Shown here: positions 19,944 through 36,788 of the stretch, piece after piece
How the letters are laid out: the number at the start of each line of letters is the position of its first letter
How positions within the stretch are numbered: position 1 is the first letter of the stretch
Source: the human T2T-CHM13v2.0 reference genome, Homo sapiens
Length of the DNA: 64,000 bases
Assembly: GCF_009914755.1 (NCBI RefSeq)
Contig: NC_060931.1
Direction: 5' to 3' (one strand)
The notes under the pieces: generated by a model
What the model was told of the DNA's origin: nothing
Databases searched by the model: none
What the model saw: only the letters and a program-made list of their open reading frames with translations
Program-made: the position numbers and the translations under genes

Positions 19944-20225
19944 TTTTAATTTTAATTTTAATTTTTTATTTTTTTATTATACTTTAAGTTCTAGGGTACC
20001 TGTGCACAACGTGCAGTTTAGTTACATATGTATACATGTGCCATGTTGGTGTGCTGCACCCATTAACTCGTCATTTAACATTAGGTATATCTCCTAATGC
20101 TATCCCTCCCCCCTCCCCCCACCCCACAACAGGCCCCAGTGTGTGATGTTCCCCTTCCTGTGTCCATGTGTTCTCATTGTTCAATTCCCACCTATGAGTG
20201 AGAATATGCGGTGTTTGGTTTTTTA
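19944..20225 (-). mobile_element. L1PA 3' UTR fragment
   Basis: ttattatactttaagttctagggtac...cccacctatgagtgagaatatgcggtgtttgg. Confidence 0.9.
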
Positions 20226-20298
20226 TTTCATGTTTCAATAGACTCTACAGTTTGCCCAAAACTACCTCAGAAAATTTAAACATAAGATAAATTGATCT

Positions 20299-20504
20299 AC
20301 AGTCATGCATTGCTTAAAAATTGGGATACATGCTGAGAAATTCATTTGTCATTGCACGAACAACACAGAGTGTACTTACACAACCCTAGATAGTATAACC
20401 TACTACACACTTAGGCTCTATGGTATGGCATGATAATATTATGGGAATTTGTCGTATATGCAGTCAGTCATTGACCGAAACATCGTTATGTGGCACATGA
20501 ATGT
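20299..20504 (+). mobile_element. Tigger3-derived short element
   Basis: ta-cagtcatgcattgcttaa ... gttatgtggcacatgaatg-ta. Confidence 0.7.
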
Positions 20505-21936
20505 ATTTTACTATTCAATGTCTAACATCTTTAAAAAGTTTGGCTTATATTTTAAAACCAAAGTGTGATTAGCACTTTGTGAAGCATACATTGCCAAAGA
20601 TCAATTTAACTATACATTTTCAATAGGTTCACCTTCCATGCCAAAATTCTTGCAACTCTCAACCCCTCCTCGCTACCACTATCAAAGAATACATTGCTAT
20701 GGAGAGTCACGTGAGAGCAATACAAAAAGAACATTAAAAGAAGCCTAAACTCACACCTGCTTACTTCACTTATTTAAACATTAGTCTTTCTTTTCAGTTA
20801 TTCATGGATATGTACTGAGCTATGAGGAAAAGCACCTTACATCAGCTAAAGAACCATAAGTTGTTAATGATTTTTAAAGAAAAATTTAACAAAAATATTT
20901 TTTGAAATTGCTAACATTTTCAAGACAATGTAAGGTACAACCAATCGATAAAACTTCTAAGTGATTTCTTTCAGATTCAGTATGTGTTATTCAATGAAGT
21001 AGTAACAATCTAATTTATCAAATCGTATCAAATATCTATTCCAATTACAGCCATTCCCCACTTGGCTTTATTTTCTAAAATGTTTATTTTCCTACTTATT
21101 ATTAACATAAAATATTATGCTAGCTCCTGGAGCAATTTGCGTTTTAGCAATGCAAACATTTTTTATATTTGCATAGGCAAAGTATGGTCATCATTCCTCT
21201 CTTTAAGAGATATATTTCCAGTAGAATTCTACTATTTATGTTTTCACCTGGGATATAGTTTAACTCATGTATCCACACAGTAGAATTTTGTATATTTAGA
21301 AAAAAACTTCATGATACTGTAAAGTTTACAATTTTTCTCTGAATTATCTTACCTGCATCCAACAGCACTACTTTAAAAAGCCTTATATGGCCAAGCGCCG
21401 TGGCTCATGCCTGTAATCCCAGCACAAATAAACAATTCCTTATATCTACAACATAACAAACATTTAAAAAATATATTGAATAAGTACATATATTTAACAA
21501 AAAATATGTACTGGTAGTATTTTAACATACAAAATTATCAGTAGCTTTGTGTATGTGTTTCTTTTAATGAGTTAAAAAGTTCATCGTTAATGATAATGAG
21601 TTTAAAGTGAATTAGGATTTTATGAACAATATTCACTATGATGGATCCTTACATTTTTTGCCAAAGTTGTTCAATAAACATTTTGCTCAAAAGAGATAAA
21701 AAGCCTTCCTTTTGTTCACGTACTGAGGCTTACCTCAAACAGAATCTTATATTTTAAATATTTAAGAAGGGACATTTTTTTATTCCATTATAAGGCATGT
21801 TAACCACTATGGAAAACACTATAGCTACTTTCAGAACTTGTCTTTCGTATTTATATAGTTGATCCTTTAGGATTTTCGTCTAATGGTAGCTAACACCTAG
21901 CTACAAATGCCCATTATTTAAAATGGTTTTGTAATA

Positions 21937-22745
21937 CAGCTATGCACTGCATAATGACATTTCAGTCAACAAGGGACTGCATATATGATGGTGGCCCCTA
22001 GGAACTGAAAAATTCCTACTGCCCGGTAGCATCTTGATGATCTTGACTCTGAGTAGGCCTGGGCTAATGTGTAAGTTTACGTCTTCGTTTTTAAGAAAAA
22101 AAAAAAACTTTGAAGGGAAAAAAGAAAGAACTTTTAAAATAGAAAAAAGCTTATAGAATAAAGATTATAAAGATAATATTTTTGTACATCTGTTCAATGT
22201 GTTTGTGTTTTAAGCTAAGTGTTACTACAAAAGAATCAAAAAGTTTTTTAAAATTTAAGTTATAAAAGTTACAGCAAAATAAGATTATTAAAGACAAATT
22301 TAAAAAATAAATTTAGTATAGCCCAAGTGTACAGTGTTAATAAAGTCCACAGTAGTGTACAGTAATGTCCTAGGCCTTCACATTCACTCACCACTCTCTC
22401 ACTGACTCATCCAGAGCAAGCTCCTGTCCTGCAAGCTCCATTCACAACAAGTGCCCTATACACATATCCCATTTTTAATCTTTTATACTGTATTTTTACT
22501 GCACCTTTTCTATGTTTAGATACACAAATACTTAACATTATGTTACAACTGTCTATGACATTCAGTACAGTAACACGCTATATAGATTTATAGCCTACAA
22601 GCAATAGCTAGAGCACATAACCTAGGTGTGTAGAAGGCTCTACCATCTAGGTTTGTGTAGGTACACTCTATGATGTTTACAGAATGATGAAATAGCCCAA
22701 TGACACATTTCTCAGAATAGCCCCATTGTTAAGTGACATATGGTG
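21937..22745 (-). mobile_element. Tigger3b-like DNA transposon
   Basis: cagctatgcactgcataatgac ... gtcctaggccttcacattcactcaccact ... gttaagtgacatatggtg. Confidence 0.75.
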
Positions 22746-23244
22746 TAATTATGATCTTCAATAATGACAAATTTTTTAAAAGGAGGGCACAGACATGGTT
22801 ACCAGCTTCCTCACACATCTCTTTTTTCGACCCCCACATAAAAACACCACAGCTTGAGATACAAGCTCAATAGGACAAAGCTACACAATTCGTAGTCACT
22901 TACACCACTCTAATAACCAAAAGAAGAAACCAAAACTCCAGCTAATTTACTCCCTGGAATAGGATTACAGAAGGTAAGCAAGAATAAATTCATCTACCTA
23001 TTCCTTTTATTAAAGCCTGTCCTTTGTTTCCACACAATCTGTAAGTGAAAACTCCATCAAAATGGTTCATTCAAAAAAGTGTCTACTATTAACAGAGCAT
23101 AACAATATACATTTATGCTGTTGTGCATAGAGAACATTATCCAAATTTTCTACTGAGGAGCCAGGAGAAATTTAATGAAAATGAAACAATATGATTATTG
23201 ACTACAGAAAGAATACCTTTTTTGGAGAAAAAATATATACTTAC

Positions 23245-23370
23245 TTAGTCAGCTGCCCTTTATTCTTGTTGTTATCAACTCCATTGTAAGTCACAGCTGC
23301 CAGTTTTCTGCTTCCATAGTTCTCGCAGTGGACATTGTTAGTAACATCTTTCAAGTCCTGCATGTGTGTT
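23245..23370 (-). pseudogene. SEPTIN7: SEPTIN7 unprocessed pseudogene exon (126 bp, phase 2-2; about exon 11)
   Basis: tttatgacag|AACACAC ... GACTAA|gtaagt; [41 protein letters not shown] matches SEPT7 with Y>C and R>G changes. Confidence 0.93.
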
Positions 23371-23605
23371 CTGTCATAAATAAACAGCAAGAGTTTGCTT
23401 CTGTTAATAGCTAGGGGGCATAAAGCTAAAAAAGCTTTAATATAAATTCAAAATTTTACCAAAACAAAAATTTCAGATTTAAAATTAACAAAAGACTATT
23501 GTTAAGGAAGGTAGCATTCATCTGTTTTCATTTACACTCAAAGTAGACCAACAAAAAATAAGCTAACTTGACACCAAATTTAGATTCCATAGAGATTTTA
23601 AGACC

Positions 23606-24670
23606 CATAGCAAGGACTTCATGACAAACACCGAAAGCAATGGCAACAAAAGCCAAAATTGACAAATGGGATCTAATTAAACTAAAGAGCTTCTGCACAG
23701 CAAAAGAAACTACCATCAGAGTGAACAGGCAACCTACAGAATGGGAGAAAATTTTTGCAATCTACCCACCTGACAAAGGGCTAATATCCAGTATCTACAA
23801 AGAACTCAAACAAATTTACAAGAAAAAAACAACTCCATCAAAATGTAGGCAAAGGATATGAACAGACACTTTTCAAAAGAAGACACCTATGCAGCCAACA
23901 GACACATGAAAAAATGCTCATCATCACTGGTCATCAGGGAAATGCAAATGAAAACCACAACGAGATACCATCTCACATCAGTTAGAATGGCAATCATTAA
24001 AGTCAGGAAACAGCAGATGCTAGAGAGGGTGTGGAGAAATAGGAACAGTTTTACACTGTTGGTGGGAGTGTAAATTAGTTCAACCATTGTGGAAGACAGT
24101 GTGGCGATTCCTCAAGGATCTAGAACTAGAAATACCCTTTGACCCAGCCATCCCATTATTGGGTATATACCCAAAGGATTATAAATCATGCTACTATAAA
24201 TCATGCACACGTATGTTTATTGTGGCACTATTCACAGTAGCAAAGACTTGGAACCAACCCAAATGTCCATCAATGATAGACTGGATTAAGAAAATGTGGC
24301 ACATATACACCATGAAATACTATGCAGCCATAAAAAAGGATGAGTTCATGTCCTTTGCAGGGACATGGATGAAGCTGGAAACCATCATTCTCAGCAAACT
24401 ATCACAAGGACAGAAAACCAAACACTGTATATTCTCACTCATAGGTGAGAAGTGAACAATGAGATCACTTGGACACAAGGCGGGGAACATCACACCCGGG
24501 AGCCTGACAGGAGGTGGAGGGCTGGGGAAGGGATAGCATTAGGAGAAATACCTAATGTAAATGATGAGTTGATGGGTGCAGCAAACCAACATGGCACATG
24601 TATACCTATGTATCAAACCTGCACGTTGTGCACATGGACCCTAGAACTTAAAAGTATAATAAAAAAAAGA
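23606..24670 (+). mobile_element. 5'-truncated L1PA (ORF2 C-terminus plus 3' UTR, disrupted)
   Basis: ORF fragments [19 protein letters not shown] and [25 protein letters not shown]; ends cttaaaagtataataaaaaaa; no TSD found. Confidence 0.93.
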
Positions 24671-26402
24671 AAAGAGAAAGAGAAATGGGCATAGGAGGGG
24701 AAGACTTTCTTCTAGGGCATTTGAGATTGTCAAGCCCAGATGACAGGCACCACCTTTCCACCTTATGCCTCATTAATGGAAACAACACAAAGCCCAGATC
24801 TAAGGCAGAGCTTCCCAACTATGGGCCTGCATCTCAATCTTCACCTTCCAGGAACCAGGCAGCGTCTTCTGGGCTGATTACTTCCAGTTTACCACATTAT
24901 GATATCCAAATATTATAGCTCCCCTCTCCCTTGTGATGATCATGGAAAATATCAGTGGCTCCAAATTCCAATTATTTCACCTTAGAAAACAAATCTGAGA
25001 ATCCCCCTATCACCAAGCACAGCACCTGGATACAACAGGCACTCAATAAATATTTGCTCAGCCAATGCAAGGATAAATGAATGATATTCCTCATCCCCGT
25101 ATTCATTTCTGAATACGTGCTGGTGAAAATCTAGCTCTAAACATCTTTCAGATTTAGTACATTGAGGTATGAAAAAGAAAAAAAAAAGGACAATGCAAAC
25201 GAAGTCAGGAGCTGGCACAGAAAGTGCAATCAGATTCTGCTTCCCCTGTAATTAAGAGTGCCCAATGCCGCTGACTTAGGCGATGACAGCGTGCAGCTTG
25301 CCTGCCCGCCCTGGGCGCCTGGGAGGGCGGGCAGCCCTCAGGATGCCGCTGCACAACACGTTCGCCACCTTATCAAGAATTCCACAGCCACAGGAAGATT
25401 TCTCACCCCGCCATAACCCCCACGGGCTGCCCTGTGCTGTCACATGTCCCCGCTGCTCAGAGAGGGAAAGCCACTAGGGAGGCCCTCAATGGAAATATTA
25501 CCCCCTGTCCAGGGTAGCATGGGCTTGATCGCCCCTGATTATTTCTGATCACTGTCACTGGGCCAAGAGCACAGCGAAGTCAAGAAAGAAATGGCCTTAT
25601 TAGTGAGAGTGCAGCGGTGTGAGTAGGCAGCAGTGGCGTGGAGGACCTGCTTTTGTGAGGGCAGTGAAGAGAGGGGAAGGAGTGGTGTCTTCATATTGAG
25701 ATATTTTGAGATTCCTGCTTTCTCCACTCACTTCAACTGCCCAAATAGGTTCTGCAGGTTCCGGAAGGTTCTAGAACTTGTACAGGATTGAACCTACAGC
25801 TTCTCATGGAACAAACCCAGAACCAAGAAAATCTGGTGGAAATCACCTGTTTTAACTCCTTTGAGGTCTAGACCAGAAATTAAATAGTGCTTAATCTGTT
25901 ACTTTAAAGAAGCCTAGTTCTAACTTTACCTCAGCTCGCTCCCTCTTTTGCCTAGGATAGGAAGGGTGGGTGCAAATGGCCAGCTCCCTGTAGGTCAGCC
26001 TCTTGGACCCCTAAGTTTCCCGCCACTTCTATGCACTACAGGCTTTGCCCAGGGTGGGATCCTCAGCCCAGGGACCTTGTTTGTCCTCCGCCTCTTGATG
26101 CTGGTGCCTGCTTCCCAGCCACATACCCTCAGATTCATTTTTAAAGAAACGTCAACAGCTGTTAAATGGCAAATGAGCCTTTCAAAGAGGAGGTATGACT
26201 TTGAAAAAGGGCTTGAGGACAGCAGTCGACCTCTGACCGTCTCCCCTCAGATGCCCTCTCCATCCCACGCTGTCTCCCTGTCCCCGACCTCCGCTTTCCC
26301 AGCGAGCCTGCCTGCTCTTCAACGCTCCTCCCTGCCCGCTTGTGCTGTCTCAACACCTCCCATGTTGCTTGATTCCTAAAATAACATAGAGGAAAACATT
26401 AA

Positions 26403-27243
<841 letters not shown>

Positions 27244-27801
27244 CTATGAAAGAGTGTTCATCTTTATATTATCTATTTAAATACTAGACAAGAAACTGTA
27301 GATTAGCTACTACTGAAGCTCATAAAATCTAAAAGAAACTGCCTTTTAGCAATATTACTAAGGTAATATGTGAGTTTTTATTAATACATAATAATATATT
27401 TCAGAACACATATCAAGTTGTTTTTAAACTAGGGAATTTTAGAATAAATTTCTGTTTCTTCAAATTGTCTAGGTGAATGTGGTATTTTGGTTAAACAAAT
27501 TTTTGTTTATAGCATTTCTATCATATATAAAATCAATACATATGAGATAAATCCACAATACATATGGGATGATGTCATCATTATTAATAATTCAAGACAC
27601 TGAAGGTACCCTTAGCTCCTCTATGGATATCCTTTACCAATGCAGTGTTCTTGGATATACATGGGGTGGCAATACTCTGTATTGTCAGTCCTCCCTCTTC
27701 TCATCATCTATTCTATTTCAAACTTCCTATATCTGCCATCATTCATCTTCACCACGTTACTAAAACTCCCTTCTGGGAGACAAACATAAAGGTGTATTGT
27801 T

Positions 27802-28091
27802 GGCTGGGTGTGGTGGCTCACACCTGTAATCCCAGCACTTTGGGAGGCCAAGGCGTATGGATTACATGAGCTGAGGAGTTTGAGACCAGCCTGGCCAACA
27901 TGGTGGAATCCCATCTCTACTAAAAATACAAAAATCAGCCAGGTGTGGTGGTGGGCACCTGTAATCCCAGCTACTTGGGAGGCTGAGGCAGGAGAATTGC
28001 TTGAACCCAGGAGGTGGAGGTTGCAGTAAGCCAAGATCGTGCACTGCACTCCAGCCTGGGTACAAGAATGAGACTCCATCTCAAAAAAAAA
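27802..28091 (+). mobile_element. AluS
   Basis: Alu consensus; TSD-like aaaggtgtattgtt / aaagtgtattatt. Confidence 0.88.
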
Positions 28092-28784
28092 GTGTATTAT
28101 TGTACATTTTTATCATTCCTTACATCCAGAAAACCCTTACTGTTACTTTACAATCCAGCTTCTTGAATCTCCCCCTTTGTGAATAAAATGTGATATTCAA
28201 TTACTCTGATTCATATCGTACTGACATTTCCATGCAATTCTCTGATAGTTCACTCCCTTTAGTCCTAAGTCTGGGTTTTCCAAAAATCTCATCTCCCAGA
28301 CTCTGTCCCTTGATAAATTCATGTTCTCTTATAGCCACAACAGTTACTTCTAAAGCTCTACCACTCCACTTCAGGCACGTCAGGCAAAATAAATAAGCAG
28401 GTAGGATCAAGATTTTACAGCATAATTTTGCAGGTAATTTTAAATCTCAAGTCCTATGAAGGTTACCAAAAAAATCCTATAATAGAGAGGAACATTAAAA
28501 AGGAGAAATAAGATATTCACTTCGCAAAATTACTCCTTTGAGATTCTAGTTACTAAACTCTATCTTGCAGTTTGATATGTATGAGTTACTGCCCAGAATA
28601 TACAGACAGTCCTTCCATCCTGTGCACTGGGATGATCACTTCCACTTCTTCAAATCCAGCTAAAAGCATCACTGCCTCCATGAAGCCTACTCCAGCCAGA
28701 ACTGTTCACTTGCCTCCTCTCTGCTCATGTCCTATATATTACACAAGCAGAGGCCACCAACAGTATTTTTCATCAACAGTTTAG

Positions 28785-29590
28785 AGCAGTGCTGCCAAAT
28801 AAAAATACCATGTCAATCATATAAGCAATTTAAAATTTTCTTAGTAGCCACTTTTAAAATAGGAAAAAGGTGAAATTAATCAATTTTATTTAACCTGATA
28901 CATCCAAAATATGATCACTGCAGTATACAATCAATATAAAAAAATTATGGAGATTTTTTCCATGCTCAGTCTTAGAAATCAGTGGTATATTTTATATTTG
29001 CAGAACATCACAATTCAGACTACCCACATTTCAAAGATTAATAGCCATATACGGCTACAGGCTGCTGTACTATTTAATAAAAAGTGCATATCTAGAGTCT
29101 AGCCCCTTGCTCTATAAAGTGTGATCTACCATCCAGCAGCATCAGCACCACCTGGGATCTTGTTAGAAATGTAGAAACACAGCCCATCTCAGAACTACTA
29201 GAAGAACTAAATTTAACAGGATGCCCAGGATTGGAATGCATAGCAAAGACTGAGAAGCAGTAAATTAGATCACATATACCTTGGGAGTCTTACAGAATTG
29301 CTATTGCCATTCAACTATGATATGGTATTACCCCACTGACTAATATAGAACACTGTATTTAAATAACAATAGCTTTTCTATGAATCATGTTTTCTCTACA
29401 CTGTCCAATGCAATTTTCTGAAATGATGAAAATCTTTATATATGTGCTGCATAGAATGGCAGCCACTTGCCACATGTGGCTGCTGAGCACTTGAAATGTA
29501 TCTGGAGCAAAAGAGAAATTGCATTTTTAATTTAATTCATTTAACTGATGTAAACATTTGGCAAATGACTATCATACTAGATAGTACAAC
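28785..29590. mobile_element. Old hAT-Charlie MITEs (MER33-, MER5- and MER3-like)
   Basis: Motifs such as tagtagccac, cagcagcatcagcaccacctgggatcttgttagaaatg, gccacatgtggctgctgagcacttgaaatg. Confidence 0.6.
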
Positions 29591-29855
29591 TCCAGGAGAA
29601 TTGGTTACTATGTCACAGTTTCATCTCTAGGAGAGTCTTAGGACAAATTTGGAAAGTTCTAGTCAAGATAATTCTTCTGATTAACTGTACTCCTTCTTCT
29701 TTTTAATTTTATGAAGTCATATTTACCATCTTACACTGGCTAAGGGCAAATTTGCATCTTACCTCTAAGGAAGCATAATAAAAGTTACAACATGTGCTTT
29801 GTATGTCTTAATATTATTCCAGCTTATCATCAATTAACAATACTAATATCCATAC

Positions 29856-29962
29856 CTGTACAGTCTTTTTAATTCTATGAGAAGGACCTGGGTACTCTGG
29901 AGAATACAAATCTGTGAGGAATAATGAGTTGATTAATGTCGACTTTCCCAATCCAGATTCCC
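29856..29962 (-). pseudogene. SEPTIN7: SEPTIN7 unprocessed pseudogene exon encoding the P-loop (107 bp, phase 1-0; about exon 4)
   Basis: tcttttag|GGGAATCT ... GTACAG|gtatgg; [36 protein letters not shown] matches SEPT7 as recalled. Confidence 0.95.
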
Positions 29963-31869
29963 CTAAAAGAAATAAGGGAAAATATCTGTTAAACTCACCC
30001 ATTTTACCCAACCTTAAATATTCAACAGATGCTATAATCCAACTTGCTTTATGCAAGTACTTCTTGGTGAGACAATGAAATGACATTAGAAAATATGCTA
30101 CAAAGAGTATCTTGTCCTCAGTTTCGTAGCTATCAAATTAGACTCATGTTTCCAAGGATTCTTTTCAGCCTTCTAATTATACCACTTATATTCATTAAAA
30201 GTAATTATCTAATAATTTACATTTTTAACAGTAATGTATTCCCAAGGAAAAAATTCAGTGATTTTAAAAAAAATCCAAGTTGGATTATGTATCACTGCTT
30301 CAGTGAAATAAAGTTTTTCTTTATTAATAGACAATAATGGATGACCAAAAGAAATCATGCAGCTACAAAAAGCAAAAATCTGCTAATACAAAGAATAATT
30401 AATCACAATGAACATCTCCATATAAAATTCTAAATCACAAAAAATACTTTCTAATTTAGCCACCCATCAGCCTAAACATAAGGGTGCTTCTCCATAAACC
30501 AGAATCCAAAAAAATCTTAGGTAATTACTTTTTCTACCGCTTCTACTCGAGGTAGACATGAAGGAAGCTACGGCATGATTTCCACTCTGATCACATACAC
30601 TTTTTTGACTCTCCATGTCTAGTCCAATATACATAGTCTAGTGTATAGTAACTATTACAAGTATAACAAAATATAAATGGCCTCAAGGTATATATAACCT
30701 AAGGTTAAAACAAATTAGAAATCATATTATGATAATTAACATGGCACAGAGTTAAAGTATTTATTGTTAATAATTCACTTAGAATAATAAGCATGTTTAG
30801 CCTAAGTAACTGATGTCACAATATTTATATGTCTAGGAGGAATTCTTTTATATTAGCTTTCAAAAGAGATAAGATCCTTTCCACATGGTTTGGGCTTACC
30901 CCTTTGACTGAGAGCATGCCACTTTTTACTAGATGTAAAAATGCCATAAAGGTCTAAGTCACAGGAAAGTAACACGGGTTGGCCACACCTGATTCTTTCT
31001 TAACTCTTAAACCTTGAAGGCAGAAAGACTAGAATAAAACCCAAGCATTTGGATGTTACCAGAAATATCTATAATATTTCCTTTTAGAAATATAAATGAA
31101 AATTTTAGTATATACAACAATGTTTGGGAAATTAAAAACAAAAGTATGCTAATTAAAATATTAACACTGTACTCAATAAATCATGTTTAGAGGGCTTTTT
31201 TTCAGTTTTTTCCCTTTTTATTGGTGGTGAGGAGTGGGGGAATAAGACGACGCAGGACAACGGGAAAAGAGAGAGGAAGAAAAATAAAAGTCTGAAAGGT
31301 AACACAGTAAAATGTAAAATGGTGGCTACTCTGGGGATAGTACAATGAGGGTGAGATTTTTTTCTTAGTTTGTTATACTTCTGGGGGCTGCAAACTTCCT
31401 TCAACATGATTCTATTATTTTCATAATTTAAAAAGCATTATTGAGTGGCATCAGCAAAACGGCAAATTAAAAAGCTCGCAGACTCATTCCCTCACAGAAA
31501 CACCAAAAACAACCAGAAACTAGTTGAATTAACCTTACAGGACCTGTGAAAAACAGTCAAATGTCTATAGCAACAAAGCAAATGCCCAATTAAGAAAAAA
31601 AAAAAAAACATGTAAAACTTTTGTGACATTTTTCTGTGATCCTGTCCCACCCCTTCTGCAGTTTATCTGGGTCTGGAGGAGGCAGCAAACCAACTCCCAA
31701 TTCATTCCCTTCAAATGGGCGGGAAGAGTGCAGACCTAACTCGTAACATTTTACCCTCTCTGGTCGGCCAGAAGGACTGATTCCTGTCTACCTAAGTGGG
31801 ACCTCATCCGGTGAGAGAAGCAATGGGTGCCATTTATGAAAGCTACAAGGCTACACAATATGTTTACAC

Positions 31870-33035
<1,166 letters not shown>

Positions 33036-34499
33036 TAAAAGTGGTTCATGATTTTCCTAGTTAAGGACTGGACTGTTTGCCATCGCCCCACCCCACGCTT
33101 TTTTGAGTAACTTCCCTTTTTGGAAACAGTGATGAAGGTTTCTCCCTTTATTCTAAACAGTGTGTACCTTGTAGTACTATCTGCCATCAAATTTCTAAAT
33201 GCTTTCTGCTTTTTTAATACTCTTTAAAAATTAGCAAATACATAGTTATACTTTCAGTTAAGATTATATTTTTTCCCATTGGATTTTTTCTTTATCTTTT
33301 AAATTCTTAACATTGACTATGTGAAGTAATACGCTGTATACCCTGAACTCAGCTATGAGATATTTAACGTATCATGGGATATATAAATAAATTAACTTCC
33401 ATCAATTCCTAGACTACTTACACTGAAATTATGGACCAAAGCTTTCTAATTCAATTCCCAAGTGGTGTTAAAACCAAACTATTGTATTTCAAGAAACTTT
33501 ATCCATGGTTACAAAAGTTTAAAAACTTATCAAACACGTGGGAAAACTGCAATTTAAAGATAAATGATTAGGTTTCCTATTTTTTTAAGACCAACTACAA
33601 TGTGAAACATAACTACACTAACTGGGTGTTCTCTATCAAAGTCAACACTGCAAACAGCAAAGGGTATCATCTGGCCAAGAAAAAGATAATTTCTGATTCC
33701 AATTCAACACAGCTCCTGTGTAACAGGTGTTTCTCTAGTTCTCAGCTCCACATTTATGCTTGAGTTATTTCTATGCTAGTTGTAGTTTTCTTTTTAAGTT
33801 GCCTCTGGGCAAAGTAAACCTTTCATAACAGATTGAGAACTGTTCCATTTCCTCAACTCTAAGATACAATTTTGCCCCCTAATATTTCTAAAAACAAATG
33901 TCTCATAATCAAAATGTAATTGACTGTACTATTTAACCTCCCTCAAATCAAATTTGATTATATGTTTCAGAGTAGATCTTATCTTAGAATCAAGGAAGCA
34001 GGAAAATCAAAGCACTTCTTCCCCTAGAATTGAATTCAATTAGAAAAGCCAAATCAATAAGACCTTAATTATTTTATCCTATAATTGAGAACTTTATATT
34101 TAATTCTTAGAACAATTTATTCTGAACTAAAGGGATTTCTATTTCCTTCTAAATTGGAAGACCCAAAGAAACAGAAGCCTTTAACACAAACTTGGATGAG
34201 AAATAAGGAAAGTAACCAAGACCATCTCCCACCTTGAGGCTCATGAGGTGAAACAAAAGCTCCCGCTTGAGAGAGTTATATGCCACAGGGGAAATGACCC
34301 TCAAAGAGACAAGTTTCATTCAGAGTAAGGAGGCCGAAAAAATGGGTACCAAAAAGTAGTTGAGAACTCAGTCTGCTTTTTCTGGTTCTGTACATAAGGA
34401 GCTTGGAAGTTGCCACTCCATTCTAAGAAGTAAAAAACTGAACAGATCTCATCTTTAAGAGCAGGATCTGATCTTTAAGAGCAGTAAGGACACAAGGCA

Positions 34500-34795
34500 A
34501 TGATCCAGCAATTGCTCTTCTTGATGTTTACCCAGCTAAGTTAAAAACTTAGATCCACAGAAAGTCTTGCACACAGGTATTTGCAGCAGCTTTGTTTATA
34601 ATTGCCAAGATATGGAAGCAATCACAATGTCCTTCAGTAGTTGAATGGATAAATACACTGTGGTACATCCAGAAAATGGAATATCACTCAGCACCAAAAA
34701 GAAATTAGCTAACAAGCCATGAAAAGACATGGACCAATGTATACTGGTAAGTGAAAGAAGCCAGTCCAGAAAGAATACATACTGTATAATTCCGT
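34500..34795 (+). mobile_element. L1MB-type 3' fragment
   Basis: tgatccagcaattgctcttc...ccatgaaaagacatgg...aagtgaaagaagccagtc. Confidence 0.7.
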
Positions 34796-36439
34796 TATTA
34801 TAATTCCATAATTATAGTGAGCAAGATACTTGCATTTTTGGTTTTCTTACATATCGAATTAGTATAAGAGTATGAACTATGAGGAATAAATTAGATAATA
34901 TATGTGAAATCTAAGCACAGTGCCTGGTACACATTAAGTGCTCAATAAGTAGTTGCATTATTTCTGTGATTCATTTAAGGAAATTAGAAAGACATGAAAG
35001 TTTGATATGACAGAGGCAAGAACATAAATAACAAAAATTTTAAAAATATTTAAGACAAAAACTTGGAAATAATGGGAAGTTAGCAAATTCCACGTTAAAA
35101 GACTAATAGGTCTTTTGGATATGGATAAATCAAGTGCTTAAAAAGTAAAAATGATTTAAATAATATGCTTAATTGTCAAATATATACACAGAAATTTCTA
35201 CCCAGAGAATAAACATATTTTTGAAACCTATGGAATACTTAAATAAGCTGATCCTATGTAAGGCTACACAGAAAAATAAATCAATACTGGAACCTACAGA
35301 TCATATTCTCTGAAGGTAGCGAAATTAAAAATTAACAAAAAATCATGTAATCCATCTGCCTACTTACCTATCTCTCTAACTCTTCTTATGTGAAAATTAC
35401 TCAAATACAAACAAAATGAGTATTACACATAAAAAACTAAGATATGTGACTAAAGTATTCAGAGAAAAACCCATGCTTAAAATAAGCCTAAAGAAAATAA
35501 CTCAACCATCAGTGTGGTTCTTGGTGAAACTGTAAACTGGTACAGCTTTTCTGAAGAATAATTTGGCAATCTATCAAAATTTAAATCTACATGCCTTTTG
35601 ACCCAGGGTTTCACTTTCAGAAATGTATATTACAGAAGCATTTATATGTATGCCTAGAAATCCAAGGAACCTAAGCACTGTTTATAACTATAAGCATCCA
35701 TCTTCATTAATAGCTGACTGTATAAATCATGATAGAGATATTTTAGAATACCACATAATTGCAAAGAATATGCAGACAGGAATATATGTACAGTATATTC
35801 AGTGACAGGGAAAAAACAGTCACAGAACAGTACTTATAGCACGGCACTGTTTACACACAAAAAAATTGACATGGGAATGCCTGGCGTATATAAAAGTATA
35901 AAAAAATGGCAAAAGACTTGCACCAGTTTAATGCTTATCTCTAGAGACAGGACTGGAAATGAAGGCAGGAGAAAAAAGGAAACTCACCTTTTACTAAATG
36001 TCTTTAGAATTTAGTTTCTTAAAAATAAAAATGTATATTTTATAAACTTTTCTTTATTTGGGAGGCTGAGGGGAGGGTAATAATAAAAGGGAATATGCCA
36101 AGTTTCTAATAGTGTTTATTTCTAGATGGAAAAGGTAGTGAAACATTTAAATTTTCTCTCTTTGTATATCAGTTTTTCTACAAGAACCATAAATTATATA
36201 ATATTTAATTTTTACTTTTAACTCTTTAAAGGGGTTGATAATATGTTATACTACAAAGAGGTCAAGAAGAATGCCTGAGAACAGGCTACCTGCAAATATA
36301 ATGATTGGGAGTACTGGGATAAGAGTTAAGAGAAAAATGAGTATTGAGTCCAGTAAGATACTACAGAGCAAATGAAAGGGAAGCATCAGGCGCAGGTTAC
36401 TGCAGATGCTGACAACTACAGATCTAGACAGCTGTACTG

Positions 36440-36630
36440 CAGGAATTCTCAATCTTGGCACTACTGACATTTTGGGTTGGACAATTCTTTACTGTGAGGA
36501 GTGTCTTGTTCGTTGAAGGATGCTTGGCAGCATCCCTGGCCTTTACCCATTAGATGCCAGTTAGCCTCTCTCCTCCCCAGCTGTGACAACCAAAAATGCT
36601 TCCAGACATTGACAAATGTCCCCTGGGGGG
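36440..36630. mobile_element. MER20 hAT MITE
   Basis: ttctcaatcttggcactactgacattttggg...ccagacattgacaaatgtcccctggggg. Confidence 0.8.
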
Positions 36631-36788
36631 CATTTTTCAAATTTTGAACCCCCAAATCATCTAGCACTGATACCACTATGCATGGAAAATAATGACAATG
36701 ACAGCCAGTAAGTTGTAAATTATTCTGTGTGCCAGTATTTTACAAGCATTGACTTAATTAACCTTTATAATCCCATGAGACTGATACT

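Noticed and set aside
29814-30086. 90-aa ORF with a septin P-loop, considered as a stand-alone CDS
   Set aside because: Only 107 bp is exon; the rest is intron read-through. It is kept only as part of the chimeric-transcript hypothesis.
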